44,286 bases of DNA. Source: a virus. Each line of letters begins with the position of its first letter. Within the stretch, counting starts at the first letter, position 1. A model generated the notes under the pieces. That model made no database searches, was not told the origin of the DNA, and saw nothing but the letters and a program-made list of their open reading frames with translations. A program made the position numbers and the translations under genes. Of the stretch, positions 31,762-40,004 are shown piece by piece. The DNA lies in the IMG/VR virus record IMGVR_UViG_3300022904_000001, one strand, 5' to 3'.

Positions 31762-33203
31762 GCCTGCGTGCTCGCGACGGTGACGCTCTCGCTCGCCCGG
31801 GAGACGGCGGTGTACATCCAGCGGCGCCGATCGGCCGGCGTGTCGCGGGTCATCTGATGCGTCTGGTCCACCACGTACACCGAGGGCCACTCGCTGCCCT
31901 GCGCCTTGTGGCAGGTGATGGCGTTGGCGAACGCGAACAGGGCCCGCTTGCCGCGGTAGGCGCGCAGGTCCGTCTTCGCCTCCGCCTCGGCGATCATGCC
32001 CTGAAAACCATCGGCATAGGCGGAGACGGTGCGCTCGCGGCCTTCGTCATCGCGGACGTGCAGGTCCCAATCCTCGCCGTCACGGATTGATTCGAGCACC
32101 TCGAACTGCTGGCCGTTAAGCACGCCGGCATCACGGTTGTTGACCAGGCACATGATGCGGTCGCCGGCCACAGGGACGCCCACTGCACGCCCGAGCTTGG
32201 CCCGGATCTTCTCGATCAGGTTCCATCGGGTGCTGTTCTTCCACACGATGATCTGGTCCGCCTGCATGGCCGCATCGAGGTTCACCTTCACCTTCGGCCA
32301 GTCCATGCCCTTGCGGATGTCCGTGCACAGCGCATAGACCGGCGATTCCAGTGCCTGGCGGTGCACCTCGGTCAGCCGGAAGTCCGGCTCCCGCCGGGTG
32401 TAGTGGCCGCCGCCCTCGACCGGGGGGAGCTGCGCCTTGTCGCCGAGCACGAGCACGGGCACGCCGAAGCTCTCGATGTCCAGGGCCATCTTCTCGTTGA
32501 CCATGGACACCTCGTCCAGCACGATCAGGTCGGCGTCGGCCCACGGGGAGTCAGGATTCAGCTCGAATCCCGGGCGCCGGATCTGCGCTTCGAGTTCCAG
32601 CGCTCGCCGCTCGATCACCGCAAGGTCATCCAGGCTTATGCCGCTCAGCGTGGCTCGTGCAATCTGATCCTGAGCCTCGCGCAGCTCTGCCCGAGCCTCG
32701 TAGTTGTCCATCGGCGTGTAGATCGCGGAGTGGATCGTGGTGGCCGGTACGCCTTTCTTGCGCAACACGTGAGCGGCCTTGCCCGTATAGGCGCCGAAGA
32801 CCACTCCAGACCGAGCGCCGACAGCCGCGCCCACGTGCTTCGCCAAGGTCGTCTTGCCGGTGCCGGCCGGGCCGGTGAGGAAGAACGGCACATCACGCAC
32901 GCGGCCGTCCAGGAACCATCCCTGAATGGCGTCGAGGGCGCTCTGCTGCTGGTCCGAAAGTGTGACCGGGGCCACCGGGGGATTACCGGCCGGTATGGAC
33001 ATAGGAGTACGTAGAACCGCGAGATCGAGCACTGGCAGGGAGTCGTACTCCTCTTCCGTGGGCGTCAGCGGCACATCAGGGAGCAGCTCCAGTCGATCCG
33101 GCCGCACCTTGGGCTTCAGCCGGTCGCCGCACTTGCAGACCCCCTGATCCGGCTTGACTTCCGCGCGGCAGCCCAGGCAGAACAGGCCCGTTCCGATCTT
33201 CAT
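31758..33203 (-). CDS. RecD/Dda-like SF1B DNA helicase with N-terminal zinc ribbon (481 aa)
   Basis: CLGC...CKCG, then LTGPAGTGKTT, LIVLDEVSMV, LVLGDKAQLPPV, CHKAQGSEW. The ATG at 33203 overlaps the upstream stop (ATGA). Confidence 0.8.
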   Translation of the reverse strand: MKIGTGLFCLGCRAEVKPDQGVCKCGDRLKPKVRPDRLELLPDVPLTPTEEEYDSLPVLDLAVLRTPMSIPAGNPPVAPVTLSDQQQSALDAIQGWFLDGRVRDVPFFLTGPAGTGKTTLAKHVGAAVGARSGVVFGAYTGKAAHVLRKKGVPATTIHSAIYTPMDNYEARAELREAQDQIARATLSGISLDDLAVIERRALELEAQIRRPGFELNPDSPWADADLIVLDEVSMVNEKMALDIESFGVPVLVLGDKAQLPPVEGGGHYTRREPDFRLTEVHRQALESPVYALCTDIRKGMDWPKVKVNLDAAMQADQIIVWKNSTRWNLIEKIRAKLGRAVGVPVAGDRIMCLVNNRDAGVLNGQQFEVLESIRDGEDWDLHVRDDEGRERTVSAYADGFQGMIAEAEAKTDLRAYRGKRALFAFANAITCHKAQGSEWPSVYVVDQTHQMTRDTPADRRRWMYTAVSRASESVTVASTQA

Positions 33204-33520
33204 GCCGACTCCTCCCTGGTGCCGTACGCGTCGCGAATGTCGCTCAGAGACCATGGCACATGTCCCGTGCCATGCCCGGTGATCATGTAGTAGCTGCCAT
33301 CGCGGCCACGAGCCCACCCGTCGCCCTCGCCATCGACCACCAACGCTGGTCCGCGGTCGATCAGCTCCCAACCGTCCGCCTTCATGGCCGGCGAGCACAG
33401 TGACCACCCCTCGCCACGGAGCAGGTCTGCCGCTTCCTGGATCTTGCGTTCGCGGGCGCGCTCCAGGCGGGCGCGCGTGGCCTCCGCGGTTTGCGCTCGC
33501 CTTTTCTCGATCGGTGTCAT
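33200..33520 (-). CDS. hypothetical protein (106 aa), leaderless first gene of the leftward operon
   Basis: The promoter motif lies 6 nt upstream of the ATG at 33520. Confidence 0.6.
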   Translation of the reverse strand: MTPIEKRRAQTAEATRARLERARERKIQEAADLLRGEGWSLCSPAMKADGWELIDRGPALVVDGEGDGWARGRDGSYYMITGHGTGHVPWSLSDIRDAYGTREESA

Positions 33521-33537
33521 GGATCTACTATATCAGA
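33521..33537 (-). promoter_or_regulatory. Conserved promoter motif, leaderless (tctgaTATAGTagatccATG)
   Basis: -10 is the reverse complement of 33527-33532. Confidence 0.6.
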
Positions 33538-33566
33538 CGTCAAACGTCGGACGCACGACGTTGACG
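33538..33566. promoter_or_regulatory. Operator-like near-perfect inverted repeat between divergent promoters
   Basis: cgtcaaacgtcg / gacgca / cgacgttgacg (11 of 12 bp, with a 1-nt bulge). Confidence 0.45.
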
Positions 33567-33594
33567 AAAAGAGTATCTCTGCTATAGTTGATCC
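33561..33594 (+). promoter_or_regulatory. Rightward promoter: -35 TTGACG, 16-nt spacer, ctgcTATAGT, leaderless ATG at 33595
   Basis: -35 at 33561-33566 and -10 at 33583-33588, followed by a 6-nt spacer and the ATG. Confidence 0.65.
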
Positions 33595-33870
33595 ATGAGG
33601 CAGACGAAGACCAGCGCGCTGACGGTCGTGAAGGCCACCAGCCAGGCGCGGCGCTACGTGGACAAGTTGATGCCGGGCGTCATCGCCACGGTCGAGAGCA
33701 AGCTCTCGCACGACCTGACCACGGACACCCCGACCGTGATCACGACGATTACCTTCCCGCGCACGCACCACAACCGGATGGGCCTGAAGCTCGCGCTCGG
33801 CACCCTGGACGGCGTGCGCAAGGTGGACGGCCTCGAATTCGGCCGGATCACGGTCGAGAGGAGTCGATGA
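33595..33870 (+). CDS. hypothetical protein (91 aa)
   Basis: ORF track. Leaderless. Confidence 0.6.
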   Translation: MRQTKTSALTVVKATSQARRYVDKLMPGVIATVESKLSHDLTTDTPTVITTITFPRTHHNRMGLKLALGTLDGVRKVDGLEFGRITVERSR

Positions 33871-34100
33871 TGCCGACGTTCAGCGTGCACATGACGATGG
33901 CTGTCAGCACGACCGTCACAGTCGAGGCCGGCAGTGTGGAAGAAGCGCTGGAGACGGTCTACGACAGCCCTGACATGCCCGGCTCGATCACTCTCGGCGC
34001 GTTCGGTCCGGCCAGCGTGGACGAGGCTGGCGAGTGGGAACCGGTCGTGATCTACCAGGACGGCAATTACAACGTGCCTGTCTGGCAAGACCGGTCATGA
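33867..34100 (+). CDS. hypothetical acidic protein (77 aa)
   Basis: ATGA overlap. MMPTFSVHMTMAVS... Confidence 0.55.
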   Translation: MMPTFSVHMTMAVSTTVTVEAGSVEEALETVYDSPDMPGSITLGAFGPASVDEAGEWEPVVIYQDGNYNVPVWQDRS

Positions 34101-34468
34101 CGCCGCAGGAACGTGCGGTGATCGAAGCTGCGCGCGCATGGCGCAGGCGGACCAGGGTCGATCCACGCGCGGACGCTCTCTTTTTCGAGGCCATCGATGC
34201 GCTCGACACCCCGGACGCCGAACAGTCGATCTCCTGGCGCGAGCTGGCTGAAGGTGACCATCTCAAGAGCGCCAAGACGGGCGTCTTCTGGGAGGTCATC
34301 TCTGTGCACGCCATGCGGGACGGGTACAAGATCGGCATCAGGCTCGGCGGCAAGCGCGCCCTGATCACCCGGCCGACGCTGGCCGAACCGGAGGCTATCG
34401 TCCGCCGCGGCCAGACCGGGCGCGCCGTGGACATGTTCGTGAACGTCTTCTCCAGCGGAGGTAAGTGA
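34097..34468 (+). CDS. hypothetical protein (123 aa)
   Basis: ATGA overlap. MTPQERAVIEAARAW... Confidence 0.55.
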   Translation: MTPQERAVIEAARAWRRRTRVDPRADALFFEAIDALDTPDAEQSISWRELAEGDHLKSAKTGVFWEVISVHAMRDGYKIGIRLGGKRALITRPTLAEPEAIVRRGQTGRAVDMFVNVFSSGGK

Positions 34469-34469
34469 A

Positions 34470-34661
34470 ATGGAGAATCGCCTTTCCAAGACGCAGATCG
34501 AGTGCCTGAAGTATCTGTACGTACACCCCGGCGCAACGTACGACACCATCCCTTTCCGGGACTCCACGTTCCGCGCTCTGGGTCGGCTCGGAATGGTGCA
34601 CAACGGCGCCATGATGCCGATCATCAGCAAGGCCGGCCTGCTCGCGATCGGCAAGTCATGA
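34470..34661 (+). CDS. small winged-helix-like protein (63 aa)
   Basis: ..TQIECLKYLYVHPGATYDTI..FRALGRLGMV.. Confidence 0.45.
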   Translation: MENRLSKTQIECLKYLYVHPGATYDTIPFRDSTFRALGRLGMVHNGAMMPIISKAGLLAIGKS

Positions 34662-34792
34662 CCGAGACGATCTGTCCGTCCTGCCGGCACCCGCGGCGCG
34701 TGCATTCCAAGAACGGCTGTGAGGATTGGGATCCGAAGACCGGCCCCTGCAAGTGCAAGAAGAAGTACATGGAATTGGGGCCGCGAGGATGA
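34658..34792 (+). CDS. Cys-rich micro-protein (44 aa)
   Basis: ATGA overlap. CPSC...GCEDW...CKCKKK. Confidence 0.45.
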   Translation: MTETICPSCRHPRRVHSKNGCEDWDPKTGPCKCKKKYMELGPRG

Positions 34793-34968
34793 CCATCGCG
34801 AACAAGCAACGCCGCGCCCGCCGATGGGCACGCTACGTCAACCACTATGGCCACATCCCCATGGTGACCATAGGTGGATGGGGCGCCATCAGTGCCATGA
34901 ACTACGGCCGGATTCGCGGCGAGTACTACCACGTCCGACGTCAGGCGAAGAGGAGGTTTGGATCATGA
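34789..34968 (+). CDS. basic micro-protein (59 aa)
   Basis: ATGA overlaps on both sides. Confidence 0.45.
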   Translation: MTIANKQRRARRWARYVNHYGHIPMVTIGGWGAISAMNYGRIRGEYYHVRRQAKRRFGS

Positions 34969-36902
34969 GCATCCAACTGCGTCAATACCAACTCGACGCA
35001 CTCGACGCCGAGGCCGAACACCGGCGCGAGCACCCCGAGGAGACGCGCCTGGCCATCGTGCTACCCACCGGCGCCGGCAAGACCATCACCTTCGCCGAGC
35101 GGGCGCGGCGCTTCCTGGAAGAAACGCGCAAGCCCGGCGGGCCGTGGTCCATGGCGCACCGTGTCCTGATCCTTGTGCACACCGATGAGTTGACCCAGCA
35201 GGCGTACGCCAAGGTCAAGCTCGTGGTCGGCTGGAACGAGGTGACCGGCGCACGAAAGACCGTCGGCATCGTCAAGGCCGAACGCGACGAGGTGGATGCA
35301 GACATCGTCATCGGCAGCGTGCAGACGCTGGCCAACCCAGCGCGCCGGGAGCGCATCACCGACGTCGGTCTCGTGATCGTGGACGAGTGCCACCACGCGA
35401 CCGCGGCCAGCTACCAGGCGATCATGCGGCACTTCGGGTGCATGATCGCCGGTCCCGAAACGGGCAAGCGTGCAAGCAATGTCTGCATCTGCCCTATCCT
35501 GCCGCGGCATCACGAGGGAGCTTGTCCTCAGGGCGCACTCACCCCCGCGCTCGGCTTCACAGCCACGTTGGAGCGCGGCGACGGCCAGGGGCTCGGTGAG
35601 ATCTGGCAGGACGTGGCCTACTCGCGCGACGTCTCGTGGGGGGTGCGTAAGGGCTTCCTGGTCAACCCGGTCGGCTACCGGCTGGAGATCGAGCCGGGAG
35701 TCTTCCGCGCTCGTCACTCCGGTGACGTGCATGAGATCGCGGACCGCATTTTCTCCACCAATCCGGCCGATCAGGATGCGCAGCTCGTCGAGGGGCTGGC
35801 GCCTGAGAGGATCGTGGAGAAGTGGCTTCAGCTCGCGGCCGGCCTCTGTGACGAGTGCCTGGAAGCGGTAGACGCGCTCAACGCGCCGGCCATGCCGTCC
35901 TACTGCCCGAACGGCTGCCTCGGCAAGGCACGCCCCACGGTCGCCTTCATGCCGCTGGTCCGGTCTGCCCGCATGCTCGCGCTGTGCTTCAACGATGCCG
36001 GCATCCGGGCCGACGTGATTCACGGCGACATGCCGTCATGGCAGCGGCGCGAGGCACTCGCGGCCTACGAGGCTGGTGAGATCCAAGTCCTGGTCAACGC
36101 CATGGTGCTTACGGAGGGGTGGGACTCGCCGCGCACGAAGTGCGTGATCGTCGGGCGCCCGACGAAGAGCCGCTCCCTGTTCGTCCAGATGGCCGGTCGC
36201 GGCCTGCGCCCGGTGCCCGGCGTCCCAGTGGAGGAGCAGGACTGCATCCTCATCACCGTCGCGGACGCGACCACCGACCTGTGCAGCGTGGCAGACCTCT
36301 CCGATCGGCCGTTGGACCGCAAGGCCGAAGGCTCCCTGGTGGCGATGGAGGACCAGTGGAACATCGGCAAGGAGCTGGACGAGGCCAACCGGCAGAAGCT
36401 TTGGACAGGCCACGTCGATCCGGTCGAGTTCGATCCGCTGGTCAAGCGCTCCAGCAAGGTCTGGCGCGCCACCGAGCACGGCACGCCGTTCCTGCCGATC
36501 AGCATCGATCGCGAGTACGTCTTCATCGTGGGCACGTCGGTGTTCGTCTACGAGGAGCACTCGGTGCCGATGAAGACGCACCGGCACCGGCGCGTTCGTC
36601 GCCTCCACAATGATCTTCCCGATCTCGAACTGGCCCTGACCATCGCCGAGCAGGAAGCCGAGGAGCGCGGCGGAGACATCGGCCGGCTCATCGCCGATCG
36701 CAACCGGCCGTGGCGCAAACAGGTGCCGAGCCAGGAGCTTCAGGAGTACGCGCAGCGTCTCGGGCTCGGGCCGCAGGTGGCCGCGATCCTGGCGAGCAAG
36801 GCAGGCGGCAAGGGCGGAAAGGTGTCGGACCTGATCGCCAAGACGGTAGCTACCAGGGCACTGGAGCCTATGGTTCAGAAGATCAAGGAGGCGACGAAGT
36901 GA
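34965..36902 (+). CDS. SF2 DEAD/DEAH-box (DExH) helicase (645 aa)
   Basis: LPTGAGKT (motif I), VIVDECHHAT (II), GFTATLERG (III) and C-terminal ..VGRPTKSRSLFVQMAGRGLR (VI). Confidence 0.8.
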   Translation: MSIQLRQYQLDALDAEAEHRREHPEETRLAIVLPTGAGKTITFAERARRFLEETRKPGGPWSMAHRVLILVHTDELTQQAYAKVKLVVGWNEVTGARKTVGIVKAERDEVDADIVIGSVQTLANPARRERITDVGLVIVDECHHATAASYQAIMRHFGCMIAGPETGKRASNVCICPILPRHHEGACPQGALTPALGFTATLERGDGQGLGEIWQDVAYSRDVSWGVRKGFLVNPVGYRLEIEPGVFRARHSGDVHEIADRIFSTNPADQDAQLVEGLAPERIVEKWLQLAAGLCDECLEAVDALNAPAMPSYCPNGCLGKARPTVAFMPLVRSARMLALCFNDAGIRADVIHGDMPSWQRREALAAYEAGEIQVLVNAMVLTEGWDSPRTKCVIVGRPTKSRSLFVQMAGRGLRPVPGVPVEEQDCILITVADATTDLCSVADLSDRPLDRKAEGSLVAMEDQWNIGKELDEANRQKLWTGHVDPVEFDPLVKRSSKVWRATEHGTPFLPISIDREYVFIVGTSVFVYEEHSVPMKTHRHRRVRRLHNDLPDLELALTIAEQEAEERGGDIGRLIADRNRPWRKQVPSQELQEYAQRLGLGPQVAAILASKAGGKGGKVSDLIAKTVATRALEPMVQKIKEATK

Positions 36903-37078
36903 GCGGCAGCATGTATGTCAACGGCTCTGACCAGGACGCGCAACTGATCATCAACCAGGACGGATGTGCGGACGATGAGGTGCGCCTGGCGATCTTGAAC
37001 CATGACGAGGGCGAGGCTGCTTACCTCATCGTGGAAAAGGCTGAGCTGTTGAAGCGGATCAAGGAGGCCACGAAGTGA
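36899..37078 (+). CDS. hypothetical acidic protein (59 aa; alternative ATG 36911)
   Basis: GTGA overlap with AAGGAGG 7 nt upstream. Ends ..IKEATK, as does the helicase. Confidence 0.45.
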   Translation: MSGSMYVNGSDQDAQLIINQDGCADDEVRLAILNHDEGEAAYLIVEKAELLKRIKEATK

Positions 37079-37194
37079 GCGAGGGAGTCTGCGGCAGGTG
37101 CGCCGGCGCTGGCAAGGTTGACGCCTACAACTCGACATCCAAGAAGATCGAGACGAAGACCTGCCCCGTCTGCAAGGGCAGTGGTAGGCGATGA
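37075..37194 (+). CDS. 39-aa DnaJ-CR-type zinc-finger micro-protein (2x CxxCxGxG)
   Basis: VSEGVCGRCAGAGKVDAYNSTSKKIETKTCPVCKGSGRR. GTGA start with AAGGAGG upstream. Below the ORF-track cutoff. Confidence 0.5.
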   Translation: MSEGVCGRCAGAGKVDAYNSTSKKIETKTCPVCKGSGRR

Positions 37195-37454
37195 CGCCGG
37201 CTCACTGCTACATCTGCAACGGTGATCACGCTCCGGACGACGCGTGTGTGCGTCCGGAGCGGGCACCCGCCACTGACCTCTTCGACGATGCCGGCCAGGA
37301 GAGCGCATCCCCGTTCGGTCCGGTCTTCGCGGCCACGTTCGAGTCCGAGGACGCGTGCTGTGGCGAGGGCATCCTGCCCGGCGAAGACATCCGCGCGGAC
37401 GGCCAGGGCGGATGGATCCACGCGGACGACGGTTGCGAGAGGATGGCCTCGTGA
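37191..37454 (+). CDS. Cys-containing acidic protein (87 aa)
   Basis: ORF track. ATGA overlap. Confidence 0.55.
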   Translation: MTPAHCYICNGDHAPDDACVRPERAPATDLFDDAGQESASPFGPVFAATFESEDACCGEGILPGEDIRADGQGGWIHADDGCERMAS

Positions 37455-37570
37455 AGTGCCGGTGTGGCCGTCCGGTCAACAAGCAGGGTCACAGGTGCTG
37501 CGCGATGTGCTGGCTCGGGTACGGCACGCACTCCAAGCTGTGCCGCAAGAGGAACGGGGGAACGCCGTGA
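37451..37570 (+). CDS. Cys-rich micro-protein (39 aa)
   Basis: GTGA overlap. VKCRCGRPVNKQGHRCCAMCW... Confidence 0.4.
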   Translation: MKCRCGRPVNKQGHRCCAMCWLGYGTHSKLCRKRNGGTP

Positions 37571-37734
37571 ACCTCAGGACCATCATCGTCAACAACAGGG
37601 ACTGCGCCTGTTGTCACTGCGATGCACAGGAGCGAGCGCGTGTGCTCGCCGAGAGGTGCGGTTGCCGGATATCGCGTACCCATCTCGGTGTGGCCATCGC
37701 GCAGATCGAGGTCGAACGAGAGGCTAAGAAGTGA
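37567..37734 (+). CDS. Cys-rich micro-protein (55 aa)
   Basis: GTGA overlap. ..DCACCHCDAQ...CGC.. Confidence 0.4.
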   Translation: MNLRTIIVNNRDCACCHCDAQERARVLAERCGCRISRTHLGVAIAQIEVEREAKK

Positions 37735-37925
37735 CCGAGAGCAGATACGGCAAGGCATTCGATCAAGTGGCGGACGAATGGGCACGGCTTGAGGACGAGC
37801 ATGACCGAATGCACCCGGACCGGTCCGACTGTGGTGGAGTCGGGGCCTGCCCGATGATGGCAGCCGCGGTGGACAACCAGCACACCATGATCAACATCCT
37901 GAATGAACGGCGGAAGCGCGCGTGA
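37731..37925 (+). CDS. hypothetical protein (64 aa)
   Basis: ORF track. GTGA overlap. Confidence 0.5.
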   Translation: MTESRYGKAFDQVADEWARLEDEHDRMHPDRSDCGGVGACPMMAAAVDNQHTMINILNERRKRA

Positions 37926-38884
37926 CCGACCTTGATCTGTTCGACGACGTTCCGCCGGAGCCGGAGTACCGCGTCCAGGCCGGCCGCTACCGCTTCCCGC
38001 CACCGCCGGGCGTGACGCCGAATCCCCGCGGCTGGATGCGTGCGAGCAACCTTGCCGGCGCGTTCAGCGATCAGCGCGCCTTGCAGCTCTGGCTGGAGAA
38101 GCGCACGCTGCTCGGTCTGCTGGCTGATGATGGGGTGATCTTCGATGAACTCGCTGCCATCCCGGACGGCCGGCTCACCGACGAGCTGATCCAGGAGTTC
38201 GCCGAGAAGGCGCGTACCGCGGCCGGCGCGGTCGGTGCGCGCCACGGCACGGCGCGGCACGAGATGCTTCAGCACTACCTGGAGACGGGCGAGGTCGCCG
38301 GCCATCGGCGCATGCGCTTCCAGCTCGAAGAGCTGATCGAGGTCATGGAGCAGCACGAGTTGGACTTCGTCCCCGGTTGGTCCGAGCGCGCTGTCTGGCA
38401 TTCGATCGCGGGCGGCACGATGGGCCGCATGGACGGCCGGGTGCTGTGCCGGCGCACCGGCCAGACAGGCGTGATCGACCTGAAGACACAGCGCCGCTTC
38501 TGGACGTATCAGGAGATCTGCGCGCAGCAGTGGACCTATGACTCCGCCGAGTGGGCGTGGGAGGGTCCGGAAGGTCCGGGCGGTCGATGGGTGCCGTATC
38601 AGAAGCCTGAACTGATCAAGGGGAAGTACGTCACTCCGGACCGCAACAGCCTCATCGGCCGGCCGGGCGGCATGTGCGAAGGCAAGCGCGTGGCGATCAT
38701 CGCGCACATGCCGTCCACGGGTGGCCCGGTCGAGCTGCACGAGGTCGATCTGGAGTACGGCGCGCAGGTGGCCGCGGTCGCCGCGGCGAACACGGAGCTG
38801 CGTAGCCGCGGCAAGAGCGTGGCGAAAGGTCGCGGCGTCGGGGGCTTGCGGCCCATGCTTTCCTCAGCTATAGTAGAGGCATAG
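37922..38884 (+). CDS. PD-(D/E)XK family (RecB/Cas4-like) nuclease (320 aa)
   Basis: ..GTARHEMLQHY.., GRMDGRV.., GVIDLKTQ.., QEICAQQWTY (D / D-x-K / Q..Y motif order). Confidence 0.6.
   Translation: MTDLDLFDDVPPEPEYRVQAGRYRFPPPPGVTPNPRGWMRASNLAGAFSDQRALQLWLEKRTLLGLLADDGVIFDELAAIPDGRLTDELIQEFAEKARTAAGAVGARHGTARHEMLQHYLETGEVAGHRRMRFQLEELIEVMEQHELDFVPGWSERAVWHSIAGGTMGRMDGRVLCRRTGQTGVIDLKTQRRFWTYQEICAQQWTYDSAEWAWEGPEGPGGRWVPYQKPELIKGKYVTPDRNSLIGRPGGMCEGKRVAIIAHMPSTGGPVELHEVDLEYGAQVAAVAAANTELRSRGKSVAKGRGVGGLRPMLSSAIVEA
38864..38880 (+). promoter_or_regulatory. Conserved promoter motif overlapping the nuclease stop codon (tcagcTATAGTagaggc)
   Basis: -10 at 38869-38874. No ATG follows. Predicted transcription start near 38881. 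Confidence 0.55.
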
Positions 38885-39273
38885 GACGGAGTTGCCGGTA
38901 CGACCTCCCAATGTCTGAACCGGAGCAAGGCCCTGGAACATCGAAGACGTCCGCCAGGTAGCTGTTCAATTGGTCTGGTGGAATGCAGGTCAAGTCCTCT
39001 CGGAGCGGAGGGGCGCCGGCCACGGGAGTCCTGTCGGGAACCGTGCGGTCAGCGAGCGACAGGGGCGCCGATCCCGTAATGCCGGCTTGCCGGCGTGCCG
39101 GACGGACGCTCGGGAGCCAGACCCGACGGCGTGCGGTTGGTCACCGTCGGTGGTCGGTGGTTCGATCCCATCGGGGACCGCGAGGGGGTGGCAGCGTGAC
39201 AGCATTCTTTTGCCGATCGGGTCACCCCCTCACTCACAAGAACAAGATCAAGCGGAAGAGGACACACAAGCGC
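38881..39273 (+). ncRNA. Candidate structured leader / ncRNA (about 390 nt) with a tRNA-like T-arm
   Basis: In-frame GC3 is about 71%, against about 88% in the downstream gene. Contains the T-arm-like ggtgg-TTCGATC-ccatc (39156-39172), the hairpins gccgg-cttg-ccggc (39081-39094) and cctgtcg..cgacagg, and the 9-bp stem gagggggtg..caccccctc (39182-39230). Confidence 0.3.
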
Positions 39274-39849
39274 ATGACGGACAACACGAACGCCACCGAA
39301 GATCTCGAACTCTACGACGACGCGAAAGCGGAGTTCCCCTCGAAGTACGACCTGAAGGATCGCCTGGTGGCGATTTGGGTCACCGGCAAGGAAGGCTCCC
39401 GCGCCGGCCAGGAGGGGAAGACCTACCCGTGGATCGAGACGATCACCCTCGTACTCGACGATCCCGAAGGCAAGACCGGCTGGGACGGCATGGTCAAGAA
39501 CGAGCACGGGGACATGGTCGAGACCCTTGTGCCACCCGTCGAGGACGAGGGCCCGGCGCGACTGGACAACTTCCAGTGGTCCGCGACCGGCATCGTGACG
39601 CGGCTTCAGCCGCGGCTAAAGCTGAAGGACAAGAAGACGGACGCTCCGATCTACCGGCCGATGATCGGCCGGATCAACGAGCGCAGGTCCACGGTCCGTG
39701 GTCGCAACAACCCGTGGTCCATCGCGGAGAAGACGCCGGAAGACTTGGCGACCATCCAGAAGTACGCGGACAAGATCCGGGCGATCACGGCCGAGGTGAA
39801 GGCCACCCGCGAGGGCGGCAGCACCTCGGACACGAACGACTTCGAGTAG
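39274..39849 (+). CDS. hypothetical protein (191 aa)
   Basis: Start at the internal ATG (MTDNTNATEDLELYDD...) of ORF 38983..39849. High GC3 from this point on. Confidence 0.65.
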   Translation: MTDNTNATEDLELYDDAKAEFPSKYDLKDRLVAIWVTGKEGSRAGQEGKTYPWIETITLVLDDPEGKTGWDGMVKNEHGDMVETLVPPVEDEGPARLDNFQWSATGIVTRLQPRLKLKDKKTDAPIYRPMIGRINERRSTVRGRNNPWSIAEKTPEDLATIQKYADKIRAITAEVKATREGGSTSDTNDFE

Positions 39850-40004
39850 GTCTTTCCAGGGCAGCGCTTTCCCTCCGTAAGGCGCCGATCCGCGTCGTTG
39901 CTCCGGGCGTGCCCGATACGGAGCACTCTGCGAGGCTCGGACTGCCGCCATGGTCCGGGCCTCGCGCTCATTGACGGACATCTAATTGTTAAGAAGGTTA
40001 ACAG

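Noticed and set aside
39139-39180. tRNA or tmRNA gene suggested by GGTGG-TTCGATC-CCATC
   Set aside because: I could not build a complementary 5' acceptor strand at tRNA distance, a D-arm or anticodon arm, a G3:U70 pair, or a tag reading frame. It is kept only as part of a candidate structured RNA.
39139-39180. attP core containing the 3' end of a host tRNA
   Set aside because: No integrase (tyrosine or serine recombinase) is recognisable anywhere in the genome, so an integration site is unsupported.
38983-39273. N-terminal 97-codon extension of ORF 38983..39849
   Set aside because: GC3 is about 71%, against about 88% in the rest of the ORF. The translation is Arg/Ser/Gly-rich and non-protein-like. 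A plausible RBS precedes the internal ATG at 39274.
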